Positions 19,101-28,214 of a stretch of 64,000 nt of DNA are shown here, piece after piece. The position numbers were made by a program, and so were the translations under genes. The first letter of the stretch is position 1; each line of letters opens with the position of its first letter. The notes beneath the pieces were generated by a model that saw only the letters and a list, made by a program, of their open reading frames with translations, was not told the DNA's origin and did no database searches. Source of the stretch: an uncultured Hymenobacter sp. (GTDB lineage Bacteria; Bacteroidota; Bacteroidia; Cytophagales; Hymenobacteraceae); assembly GCA_937871705.1 (NCBI GenBank), contig CALMOO010000657.1:2278-66277 (forward strand), written 5' to 3'.

Positions 19101-19479
19101 CATTCCGGCCGGCACGGTTTTCCAGGGCCAAATCAAGGATTTTGGGGCCGGGCCGGTGGCCATCAACCAAGCCTGGTGGCAGGGCCGCGGTTCGGCCTCA
19201 AACTCGGCCTCCTACAAGCAGTTCGTGGAAGACGGCAGCGCCACGCGTCTGCGCGAGGCCACGCTCACCTACCGCCTGGGCGGGCCGGGGTTCCAGCAAT
19301 TCACCCACCTGGCCAGCGTCGATTTCAGCGTGACGGGCCGCAACCTGGTGCTCTGGACGCCCTACACCGGCACCGATCCGGAAGTGAATGTAACGGGCGC
19401 GGGCCTGGCCCGCGGGCAGGACTGGTTCACCAACCCCAACACCCGGTCCGTGCTGTTTTCAGTGCGCCTTACTTATTAA
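16186..19479 (+). CDS. SusC/RagA family TonB-dependent outer-membrane receptor
   Basis: Carboxypeptidase-regulatory-like N-domain, plug motifs PLFIVDG and [45 protein letters not shown], and a terminal aromatic residue. Confidence 0.96.
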   Translation: [1097 protein letters not shown]

Positions 19480-19514
19480 GCCTCATTACCCAAGCGCTAT
19501 AGCTAAGAAGCATA

Positions 19515-20942
19515 ATGAAGAAATTATTCGCTCCCAAAGTTGCCATCGCCTTATTGGCGTTCCTGTTGCTAGGCGGCTGTCAGAAGCTGTTTCAGGAGCC
19601 CGACATCCAGAACAACCCCAACGTGGTGACGGACGTGGACGTGACCACGCTGCTGGCCGGGACGCTGCTGGGCGTCTCGTTTCTGCACGAGGACACCGAT
19701 GTGCGCATCGCCTCGCTGTGGGCGGGCGAGCTGAACGGGCTCTCGCGTGCCCACCAGGGCTATTCGCAGTACATTGTCTCGTCGCAAAGCTTCTTCTGGA
19801 GTCCGCTGTACCCGGTGGCCAGCCAGACCCGGCTGGTCCAAACAAAGGCCGACGCGGTGGGCGACAAGTGGACAAAGGGCGTGGGTCAGGTGCTCGAAGC
19901 CCTGGTCGTTGCCAAAGCCACGGCCCTCTACGGCGACGTGCCCTACAGCCAAGCCTTCGACGACGCGCGGTTTCCCACGCCGGTGTTCGACAAGCAGGCC
20001 GAAGTGTACGCGGCCCTGCAAACCACCCTCGACAAGGCCATCGTCAACCTGTCGGCCCCCACGGGCTTGGCTTTTGGCCCGCAGGACTTCCTCTACCGGG
20101 GCGACGTGGCGAAGTGGAAAGCGGCGGCCAACACCCTCAAAGCCCGCCTTTACCTCCACACCGGCGACTACGCCAGGGCCGTGGCTAGCGCCGCGGCCGG
20201 CATTGCCGGCCCGGCCGGCGACGCACTCGTGCCGCACGGCACGGCACAAGGAGTCGATATTAATCAGAACTACGATTTTTTTCGGGTGAGCCGGGCCGGC
20301 GATACGGGGTTCGACGGCGCGTATCTGCCCCGCCTGATGCAGTCCCGAATCAACTCGGCCAACACCAAAACCGACGAAACCGCCTTCTACAACCACTACC
20401 TCAAGGTGGGCATCACCGCGCCGGGGGCGCTCGACCCTAATACCACCGACGGGGCATTCACCGCCGACGCTCCCCACCCCATTCTCACGTATTATGAAAA
20501 CCAGCTGATTATCGCCGAGGCACAGGCCCGCCTGGGCGCGGCCAGCGCGGCCCTCGCAGCCCTGAATGCCGTGCGGACCGGGCTGGCTACGGGCTACGTC
20601 AACGGCAAAACTATCGCGGCCACGGGCCGGCGGTACGACGCCTACACGCTAGCGGATTTCGGCCCCACCGGGCTGGCCAATCCTACCCGCCTGGCGACGG
20701 TGCAAACCGCCCTGCTGTACGAGATTATCAGCCAGCGCTACATCTGTTTTTTGATGCAATACGAAGCGTTCAACGATTATCGCCGCTTGGCTCGCGCCGT
20801 GCCCGTGGTGCAGTTGCCCATTCCACTCTACGTGGGCACGCAAAAGCCGCAACGGTTTATCTACCCCCAAAACGAAGTGAACACCAACCCGAACGTGCCC
20901 AAGCCTCTGCCGAACCAATTCGTGAACGTGCCCATCTTTTGA
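19515..20942 (+). CDS. SusD/RagB family nutrient-binding lipoprotein (SusD-like_2 type)
   Basis: Lipobox LLGGC, LYGDVPYSQA, PVFDKQAEVY, W...ANTLKARLYLH, EAFNDYRR and QRFIYP. Confidence 0.93.
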   Translation: MKKLFAPKVAIALLAFLLLGGCQKLFQEPDIQNNPNVVTDVDVTTLLAGTLLGVSFLHEDTDVRIASLWAGELNGLSRAHQGYSQYIVSSQSFFWSPLYPVASQTRLVQTKADAVGDKWTKGVGQVLEALVVAKATALYGDVPYSQAFDDARFPTPVFDKQAEVYAALQTTLDKAIVNLSAPTGLAFGPQDFLYRGDVAKWKAAANTLKARLYLHTGDYARAVASAAAGIAGPAGDALVPHGTAQGVDINQNYDFFRVSRAGDTGFDGAYLPRLMQSRINSANTKTDETAFYNHYLKVGITAPGALDPNTTDGAFTADAPHPILTYYENQLIIAEAQARLGAASAALAALNAVRTGLATGYVNGKTIAATGRRYDAYTLADFGPTGLANPTRLATVQTALLYEIISQRYICFLMQYEAFNDYRRLARAVPVVQLPIPLYVGTQKPQRFIYPQNEVNTNPNVPKPLPNQFVNVPIF

Positions 20943-21040
20943 GTAGGGTAGTAGTCTCCTAATTCGTCGGCCCGTTTTGTTGGGCATCGCTAGGCCCCAA
21001 CGGCCGGCGTTCTATTCTACTTGCACAGTAAGTCAAGCTT

Positions 21041-22393
21041 ATGATGAATAAGAGCAGCTCTCATCGGGGTTTCCCGACACTGGCCGAGAGTGGTTTTTGG
21101 CGGTATTTCACCTTCACCGCGCTGTATTTTGCCGAAGGGCTGAATATGGGCATGCTGTTCGTGGGCCTGCCGGCCTGGATGGCCATGCAAGGCAAAACCC
21201 CCGGCGAAATCGGGGGCTTTGCCATTGCCTGCGCCTTTCCGTGGACGTTTAAGTTCGTCGTGGCCCCGCTCATGGACCGCTACACCTACCTGCTAATGGG
21301 CCGCAAACGGCCCTGGGTGCTGTTTGGCCAACTTGGATTGGTCGCCAGCTTGGTGGCGATGGCCTACGTGCCCGACCCGCTGCACCACATGCGGCTGTTT
21401 ATGGCCGCCGCGTTCGTGGTGTCAGCCTTCGGGGCCATTCAGGATGCCGCCACCGACGGGCTGGCGGTGGACATTTTGCCCGACGAGGAGCAGGCGCGCG
21501 CCAACGGCTTCATGGGCGGGGCCCGCATGATTGGCAGCTCACTGGCCCTCGCCCTGGGCAGTTGGCTGCTGAGCACCCACAGCTTCACGGCGGCCATCCT
21601 GGTGGTGGCCCTGATGATTGGCCTTATGACCCTGGTGCCCCTCCGGTTCCGGGAGCAGCCGGGTGAAAAAATTACCCCCTGGACGGCGGGCACCCCCTCG
21701 CCGGCCGCCCAACGGATGCAGGCCACGAGCTGGGGCACCATCTTAAAAGCCCTGTTCGAGGTCTTTCGCCTGAAAAACTCCCTACTGATTTCCTTGCTGC
21801 TGTTCATCAGCATGGGCGCGTACAACTACTTTGAAACGCTGCTACCGCTTTTTGCTGTGAAAATAACGGGCTGGACGAATGTTTTTTACGCTCAGACCTT
21901 CGCCACGGCCGATTTAATCGGCGGCATCGGCGGGATGCTTATTGGCGGCTATCTGATTGAAAAATTTGGCAAGAAGCGCATGATTAGCGCCTATTTTCTG
22001 CTCATCATGCTGCTGGTTATCGGGCTGAACCTGTTGAAGGCTTCCTGGCAAAGCACCGCCTTTATTTACGGGTTTATCATCGCGTACCGATGGCTGAATG
22101 CGTTTGCGAAAATCGGGGTGTACGCCATCGCCATGCAGTGCAGTTCGAGGAAAATCTCGGCCAGCAATTTCACATTTTACATGACTATCGGGGCATTTGG
22201 CTCCATGATGGGCGCAACGCTGGTAGGGCCAATCAAGGATAATTTCAGCTGGAAAATAACCTTCTTGCTGTTTGTGGGCCTGATTACGCTGGCCTGGCTC
22301 ACCATGTATTTTCTGAACATCGAGCAGCAGATTAAACAACTAGCGCAGTTAGAAACCAAAGAAGTTGCCCCCCCCGTGCTGCTCCCCATATGA
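21041..22393 (+). CDS. MFS transporter, AmpG/PAT (muropeptide permease-like) family
   Basis: LYFAEGL, PWTFKFVVAPLMDRY, GRKRPW and AIQDAATDGLAVD are the AmpG-family signature blocks; about 12 TM segments. Confidence 0.85.
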   Translation: MMNKSSSHRGFPTLAESGFWRYFTFTALYFAEGLNMGMLFVGLPAWMAMQGKTPGEIGGFAIACAFPWTFKFVVAPLMDRYTYLLMGRKRPWVLFGQLGLVASLVAMAYVPDPLHHMRLFMAAAFVVSAFGAIQDAATDGLAVDILPDEEQARANGFMGGARMIGSSLALALGSWLLSTHSFTAAILVVALMIGLMTLVPLRFREQPGEKITPWTAGTPSPAAQRMQATSWGTILKALFEVFRLKNSLLISLLLFISMGAYNYFETLLPLFAVKITGWTNVFYAQTFATADLIGGIGGMLIGGYLIEKFGKKRMISAYFLLIMLLVIGLNLLKASWQSTAFIYGFIIAYRWLNAFAKIGVYAIAMQCSSRKISASNFTFYMTIGAFGSMMGATLVGPIKDNFSWKITFLLFVGLITLAWLTMYFLNIEQQIKQLAQLETKEVAPPVLLPI

Positions 22394-23631
22394 AATTTCA
22401 TTATTACCCCGGCCACCTGGCCACCGAACTGTCGGCCCGCTGGCCCGTTGCGGCCCGCCCGTTGCCACCACTGGTGGAGTTGGAATATTTTATTTCCGTG
22501 GCCTACCAGGCCAGCCTGCTGTTCGAAGAAGGCCAGCCGGTCCGCTGCCGGCTCGTGCTGAGCGCGCTCGAAGAGTTGCCGCACGCGCCCGGTGCTAATG
22601 GACCCTACGTACTGGAGCTGGCCGCACCCCGGCCCTACGAAGAGCAGGAAATCCGGCGCCTAGCCCCGGCGCTGCGCTCACCCGGCAGCCTGCTGGCCGT
22701 TCGCGCCGACGTGGCCGCCGGCCTGCTCATTTGGGGGCTGCTGCGCAACCACTCGCCCTGGGGCCATCCCGCCGAGGCCCGGCCTTTTGCGCCTGGTCCG
22801 TTGCCGCCGGCGCTGCAACTCGAAATCTGCGGGCCTGGCAACCTAGTGTTTTACCACGGCCCCGACCGGATGCTGACTCTGCAAAACGGCCACGTGGAAG
22901 GCCACGGCTTCGTGGAGTACCCGCTGGCCTGGTCGCGGGGCCGGTTCACGGAAAACATTGACGTGTTGGGGCCCCAGCTCGCGGCGGCCGGCATCGCTGC
23001 CCCGCTCGACCTGATGCCTCTATTGGGCGAGCTGGCGCACCACGTCACCCGGCGCGTGGTGTCGCGGGTGCGCATGAGCGGGCACGGCGGGATGCTGGCC
23101 TACGTGCCCACCGCCAGCGTGGCCCATTGCGTGGGCCCGGCCGCCACCCTGCGGCCCAAGTACCCGGTCCGCCTGCCCACAGAAGCGCACTACTACAACG
23201 GCTTGCAGGTGGCCATCATCGCCCGCCTCGGCGAACTGGGCGACCTCACCTGGGGCCGCTACCAGCGGTTCGGCGACGCCCGGCTGCTGGAACTGGAAGT
23301 AGCCGTGAATCAGTACGCCGACCTGCTGGCTGATTTGATGACCGTGGATGGGGCACTGGTGGTGACCAAGCAACTCGCCGTCATTGGGTTTGGCATTGAG
23401 GTCTACGCGCCCAAGCTGGTCTTGTCGCACGTGTACCGGGCGCTGGACTCGAACGCCACCCGGCTGCAGGCCGAAGCCGCCGACCGGGGCGGCACCCGTC
23501 ACCGGGCCGCCTACCGCCTCTGCCTAGCCGAGCCCGAAAGCATGGCCATCGTCATTTCCCAGGATGGCGGCGTACGGTTCGTGCAGGCGCAGGACGGAAA
23601 GGTCGTCTTCTGGGAGCAATTGACTTTATAG
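22390..23631 (+). CDS. soluble diadenylate-cyclase-like (DAC/DisA_N) protein with an N-terminal putative sensor domain (DACNV-like)
   Basis: C-terminal VDGALVV (DGA at 23347-23355), GGTRHRAA (RHR at 23497-23505) and AIVISQDG are DAC catalytic signatures. No TM helices. ATGA overlap with the MFS gene. Confidence 0.75.
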   Translation: MKFHYYPGHLATELSARWPVAARPLPPLVELEYFISVAYQASLLFEEGQPVRCRLVLSALEELPHAPGANGPYVLELAAPRPYEEQEIRRLAPALRSPGSLLAVRADVAAGLLIWGLLRNHSPWGHPAEARPFAPGPLPPALQLEICGPGNLVFYHGPDRMLTLQNGHVEGHGFVEYPLAWSRGRFTENIDVLGPQLAAAGIAAPLDLMPLLGELAHHVTRRVVSRVRMSGHGGMLAYVPTASVAHCVGPAATLRPKYPVRLPTEAHYYNGLQVAIIARLGELGDLTWGRYQRFGDARLLELEVAVNQYADLLADLMTVDGALVVTKQLAVIGFGIEVYAPKLVLSHVYRALDSNATRLQAEAADRGGTRHRAAYRLCLAEPESMAIVISQDGGVRFVQAQDGKVVFWEQLTL

Positions 23632-23859
23632 GAGAGCAGCAAGCCACCACGTTGACTATTCTTTGGCCTCGGCTGTTATCGTCTACTATTACCTGAACCA
23701 GCCCGGCGAGTACGACTTTGCGGACTCTTTTAAATTTTTGCCAGCTGTGAAGTCTCAACGTGAAGCGAGTCGGGTCCACACCCTGCAACTCGCTTAAACG
23801 CGCGGGGGTAGTGCCAATAGGTTGAGCGTCGCCTACTTAGCTTACCCCGGCCGGGGCCC

Positions 23860-24831
23860 TTACTCCACCACCAGCACAATCCGGCCGCTGCCGCCGCCGG
23901 CCTCGCCGTAGCGGTGAGCCGCGGCGGTTTCAGCCAGCGGAAAGAGGCGGCCCGGCACCGGCCGCAGCGCGCCCATTTTCAGCCAGGCCGCCACCAACGC
24001 CATGTCGGGGCCCTTGGGCCAGGCGATGAAGGTCCGCAACTTCTTGCTGGTGAAGGCCGCAGTCAGCAGCCTGGCGGCGATGGCCGATGGGTCGGGCACA
24101 ATCGTGATAAAGCGGCCCTGGTTGCGCAGGCTGGGAGCGCTGGCCCCAAACGAGCTGTGGCCTGCCGCGTCGAAGATAAGGTCGTACCGGCTGCGTTCCT
24201 GGGTGAAGTCGTGCGTGGTGCGGTCGAGCACTCGGTTGACCCCCAGGGAGCGCACCAGCTCTTGGTGAGTAGGGCTGCACACGCCCGTGACTTCGCCGGC
24301 CCCCAGCAGGCGGGCCACCTGCACGGCCAGCGCGCCCACGCCGCCCGCCGCGCCCGTCACCAGCACCCGGTCGCCGGACAGCAGCCGGCCGTGGTTGCGC
24401 AGGCCCTGCAGCGCCGTGAGGGCCCCTAGGGGCACGGCCGCCGCCTCCACGAAGCTCAACTGGTCGGGAATGAGCGCCAGGCCATCCGCGGCGACGGCCA
24501 CGAACTCCGCGTTGGTGCGGCCGGTGCCCGGCCCGATGCCGGGTCCGCCCGAGGGCAGCCCAAACACCCGCGCCCCGACGCCGAAGCGGGTCATGTTGGC
24601 CCCCACCGCCACTACCTCGCCGGCCAGGTCGCAGCCCGGAATCTTGGGAAAGTGGCGACCTCTCACCAGGTCCAGCAGCCCCGCCCGGGCGCGCACCTTC
24701 CAATCGACGGGGTTGACGCTGCTGGCCCGTACCCGCACCAGCACCTGGTCGGCCGCGGGCACGGGGGTAGGCTGGTCGCCGTAGCGCAGCACGTCGGCGG
24801 GGCCGTAGGTATCATAATAAATGGCTTTCAT
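23860..24831 (-). CDS. NAD(P)-dependent oxidoreductase, quinone-oxidoreductase-like MDR family
   Basis: YGPADVL, SVNPVDWK, GCDLAGEV, EAAAVPLGALTALQGL and VLVTGAAGGVG. Confidence 0.9.
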   Translation of the reverse strand: MKAIYYDTYGPADVLRYGDQPTPVPAADQVLVRVRASSVNPVDWKVRARAGLLDLVRGRHFPKIPGCDLAGEVVAVGANMTRFGVGARVFGLPSGGPGIGPGTGRTNAEFVAVAADGLALIPDQLSFVEAAAVPLGALTALQGLRNHGRLLSGDRVLVTGAAGGVGALAVQVARLLGAGEVTGVCSPTHQELVRSLGVNRVLDRTTHDFTQERSRYDLIFDAAGHSSFGASAPSLRNQGRFITIVPDPSAIAARLLTAAFTSKKLRTFIAWPKGPDMALVAAWLKMGALRPVPGRLFPLAETAAAHRYGEAGGGSGRIVLVVE

Positions 24832-25164
24832 CGGTTGGCGGCAGGCGCGGATACCTTGCGTAAAAAGCTAGAAGCTGTTGCAATCAGTCTATTAACGCAA
24901 AATGTTATTTATCAAATTTTTATCTGCGCCGTGCGGGGCGACTAGTCGAGTGATAGGTAGCGACAAAAGCTTAATTCAAACCCCTCTTGTCCCGAAAAAC
25001 CACCTTGTCGGCGGCCTGTCCTTTCCAGATAGGAAACGGGGTTTTGCGTAGGCCTAGTAAAAGCTACTTGATTCGCAGAAAATGACTGGCCGGCGGTCGT
25101 CAGCGTCTGCCCTAGGCTCGGCTACCCCTCCCCGGCGCCTGGGCCGCAAACCGGGCCGCGCGGT

Positions 25165-26130
25165 TCAACTGGTGAAATAACGCGCTGACTGCTCTAGGTC
25201 GGCCAGCAGGCCGGGCTGGGTCGGGTGCCAGCCTAGCCGCTCTTGGGTGAGCGCACTGGAACCGGGATTATCGGTTGCAAACAAGGGCCCGAGAAAGCCA
25301 TAGTGGCGGGCGGCCTCCGGGCGCGACTGGCTGACAACCGGCACGCGGAGGCGGCGGCCGATGACCTCGGCAATGGCTTTGGTGGGTATCCCCGGTTCGG
25401 CCACTCCGTGGTAGCGGGCACCCGCCTCGCCCCGCTCCAGCGCTAGCCGGAAGAGCCGAACCGCGTCGAGGCGGTGAACCGCCGACCAACGGTTGTGCCC
25501 GTCGCCGACATACGCCGAGACTGCCTTTTTACGTGCGATGTCGATGAGGCGCGGCACGAAGCCGGTGTCGCCGTCGCCGTGCACCGTCGGCGGCAGGCGC
25601 ACCACCGCAGTGCGCACGCCCTGGGCGGCCAGCGCCGCCGCCAGGGCTTCCGTAGGGAGGCGGTGGGCGGCCACGGAGTGGGGGTCGCCCGCCTCGTCTT
25701 CGCTCGTCAGGCGGCCCGCCGCCAGGGCGCCAACGCCGGAGGTGACGACTAGGGGGCGATCAGAGCCAAGCAGCACGTCGCCGATGGCAGCGACAGCGCG
25801 CCGGTCGGCCTCGCCAATGGCCGCGATAAAGCGCGTGGCAATACCGCCGGGCCACCCGCTCAGCAGCACGCGCAGGCGCGTGGCGAGCGGCGCGTGAGAA
25901 AACGCGTGGATATAGGCCAGGTGAATGACGCCATCGGCCGCGGCGGCCCCCGTGCGCAGGCTTTCCAGGTCGTCGAGCGACCCTGTGTGTGCTTCGGCCC
26001 CGGCGGCGACCAAGGCCTGTGCAGCGGCCAGCGAACGGGCCAGGCCGAGCACCTGATGGCCGGCGCCGAGCAATTCCCGCACTACGGCCGAGCCGATAAA
26101 GCCGGTGGCGCCAGTTACAAATACACGCAT
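25165..26130 (-). CDS. SDR family oxidoreductase (NAD-dependent epimerase/dehydratase-like)
   Basis: MRVFVTGATGFIGSAV, VRLPPTVHGDGD and AVHRLDA. Confidence 0.9.
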   Translation of the reverse strand: MRVFVTGATGFIGSAVVRELLGAGHQVLGLARSLAAAQALVAAGAEAHTGSLDDLESLRTGAAAADGVIHLAYIHAFSHAPLATRLRVLLSGWPGGIATRFIAAIGEADRRAVAAIGDVLLGSDRPLVVTSGVGALAAGRLTSEDEAGDPHSVAAHRLPTEALAAALAAQGVRTAVVRLPPTVHGDGDTGFVPRLIDIARKKAVSAYVGDGHNRWSAVHRLDAVRLFRLALERGEAGARYHGVAEPGIPTKAIAEVIGRRLRVPVVSQSRPEAARHYGFLGPLFATDNPGSSALTQERLGWHPTQPGLLADLEQSARYFTS

Positions 26131-26151
26131 CGCGGTAGCTTTAAGAGGGGT

Positions 26152-27063
26152 TTACTCATGGGTTAGGGCTTGCTGCACCGCCTGCCGAAAGGACTGCAGC
26201 GGCCGTGGCAAAAGCACCCGTATTGGCTGGGGGTCGCCAATCATATCGACCCGGACGCCATCCACGATGCCTTTCATGGCCCCGCGGGGGAGCTTACCCA
26301 TTCGGTCTAGGAGCGGGGCAAATGCCCCCAGGAGTCCCAGCGGAATCCGGAGCTTGACGGGATGCGGCCGGTCCAGCAGGTCGGCGGTCGTATCAATCAG
26401 TTGATTCATCGACAAGACATCATCGTTTCCTACATCATACCCCTGCCCGGCCGCGCGGGGCTCACCGAGCACGCCCACGAGGTAATAAATCAGGTCACTC
26501 AATGCAATGGTGCGCATCTTAGGCCGGTCTCCGCTCAGGGCAAAGGCCACGCGCCGCTGGGCGTTGCCCACCACCGTATCGAACCCGCGGCCGCCTACGC
26601 CGACGATGTAGCCGGGCCGGATGACGGTCGCCGCCAAGCCGCTGTGCAGCAACAGTTGCTCAGTGTGCCAGCGCCCGCGCAGCCATTCTCCCGGCCCACC
26701 AGGGGAGATGCCCAGGGAGGTAAGGTAAATCACCTGGCCTACCCCGGCCGATTGACACGCTGTGATGACGTTTTGGATGCCGGTTTTTTCCACGTCCATG
26801 AAGCCTTGGCTCGCTTGGCTACCCGGCTGCGGCGACAGCGTGTGGATAGCAATGTAGACGGCAGAGACCGAGTTCACGGCCCGCTGCACCGAGGCAAGGT
26901 CCGCAATATCGCCCGGCATTACCTCACAGCCGATGCTGGCTAAGTCTTGAACTTTCGCCACATTCCGCACCAAGCAACGCACCGCGTGGCCGGCGGCTAG
27001 TAGAGCCTTGCTCAAGGGCCGGCCCACAAAACCCGACGCCCCCACAACCAAGACTGTTTTCAT
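26152..27063 (-). CDS. NAD(P)H-binding NmrA-like / atypical SDR protein
   Basis: VLVVGASGFVGRPL, GDIAD and SGLAATVIRPG. Confidence 0.85.
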   Translation of the reverse strand: MKTVLVVGASGFVGRPLSKALLAAGHAVRCLVRNVAKVQDLASIGCEVMPGDIADLASVQRAVNSVSAVYIAIHTLSPQPGSQASQGFMDVEKTGIQNVITACQSAGVGQVIYLTSLGISPGGPGEWLRGRWHTEQLLLHSGLAATVIRPGYIVGVGGRGFDTVVGNAQRRVAFALSGDRPKMRTIALSDLIYYLVGVLGEPRAAGQGYDVGNDDVLSMNQLIDTTADLLDRPHPVKLRIPLGLLGAFAPLLDRMGKLPRGAMKGIVDGVRVDMIGDPQPIRVLLPRPLQSFRQAVQQALTHE

Positions 27064-27242
27064 ACTTTATCTGCAAGTACCATTTTCCCGCATGCTGGCG
27101 AGAATAAATCGAGGACTGAGTTTCAGCCACCATTACTCATTCTGACGCCAGCTGGTAACAAAGGTATTCGGGTAATTTTGAACGCGCTATGTGCTATCGT
27201 GCGCATTATCTTCGCCATCGTTCAAAATAAAGACTTTAATTC

Positions 27243-28214
27243 GTGGACCCACTCTCAGAAATCCTCTCATTAGTAAAGATTCGCGGCTACCTGTACAATG
27301 CCTTTGCGGCGGGAGGGGAGTGGTCGATTGGGTTCGGTCCGCACGAGGGTATCAAGTTCTACGCGGCTGCGGTGGGCGCGTGCTGGCTTTCCATTGACGG
27401 GGTGGACGCGCCAATCCGGATAGAAACGGGCGACTGCCTATTGCTGCCGCACGGGCGACCCTTTCGAGTGGGTAGCGACCTGGCCCTAGCCCCAGTTGAT
27501 GTGCGCAGCCTCAGGCCCACCGGCGGGACGGGCGGCATCGTGACGTACCAGGGCGGCGGTGATTTTCTTAGTCTGGGCGGCTACTTCACCCTCGCGGGCG
27601 AGCAGGCCAACTTGCTGCTGGAGATGCTGCCGCCAGTCGTGCACATTCGCGCCGAAGCCGACAAGGCCATGCTGCGCTGGACGCTGGAACGGATGCAGCA
27701 GGAAGTGTACGCGCCGCAGCCGGGCAGCTTTCTGGTGGCTCAGCAACTGGCCAGCCTATTGCTGGTGCAGGCCCTGCGGCTGCACCTGGCGGACGAAGCG
27801 ACGGTGGGCATCGGCTGGCTCTTTGCACTGGCCGACAAGCAGCTGGGCGCGGCGCTCGCTGCCCTGCACGCCGCGCCGGCGCAGCGCTGGACGGTGCAGG
27901 CGCTGGCCGCGTGCGCCGGCATGTCGCGCACCACATTTGCGGGCAAGTTCAAGGCGGCGGTCGGCCAGGCCCCCCTGGAATACCTGACGCACTGGCGGAT
28001 GCGGCTGGCCGCTGACCAGCTGTTGACGTCCCACGACGCGCTGGCAATCTTGGCCCCGGCGCTCGGCTACGAATCGGAAAGCGCCTTTAGTACGGCCTTC
28101 AAGCGCATTATGGGCTGTTCGCCCCGGCACTATAGGGAGCGGAACCGCCGCACCAGTCGCTTTTCAGGCCTGATAACTCCCCCGCCACTCGGCTCAAGCT
28201 TGGCGCTAAGCTGA
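27243..28214 (+). CDS. AraC family transcriptional regulator (Cupin_6 + HTH), divergent from the SDR genes
   Basis: MDPLSEILSL start, WTVQALAACAGMSRTTFA, PLEYLTHWRM and LGYESESAFSTAFKR. Confidence 0.93.
   Translation: MDPLSEILSLVKIRGYLYNAFAAGGEWSIGFGPHEGIKFYAAAVGACWLSIDGVDAPIRIETGDCLLLPHGRPFRVGSDLALAPVDVRSLRPTGGTGGIVTYQGGGDFLSLGGYFTLAGEQANLLLEMLPPVVHIRAEADKAMLRWTLERMQQEVYAPQPGSFLVAQQLASLLLVQALRLHLADEATVGIGWLFALADKQLGAALAALHAAPAQRWTVQALAACAGMSRTTFAGKFKAAVGQAPLEYLTHWRMRLAADQLLTSHDALAILAPALGYESESAFSTAFKRIMGCSPRHYRERNRRTSRFSGLITPPPLGSSLALS

Noticed and set aside
18241-20477. 309-aa and 302-aa minus-strand ORFs
   Set aside because: Antisense shadows of susC and susD.
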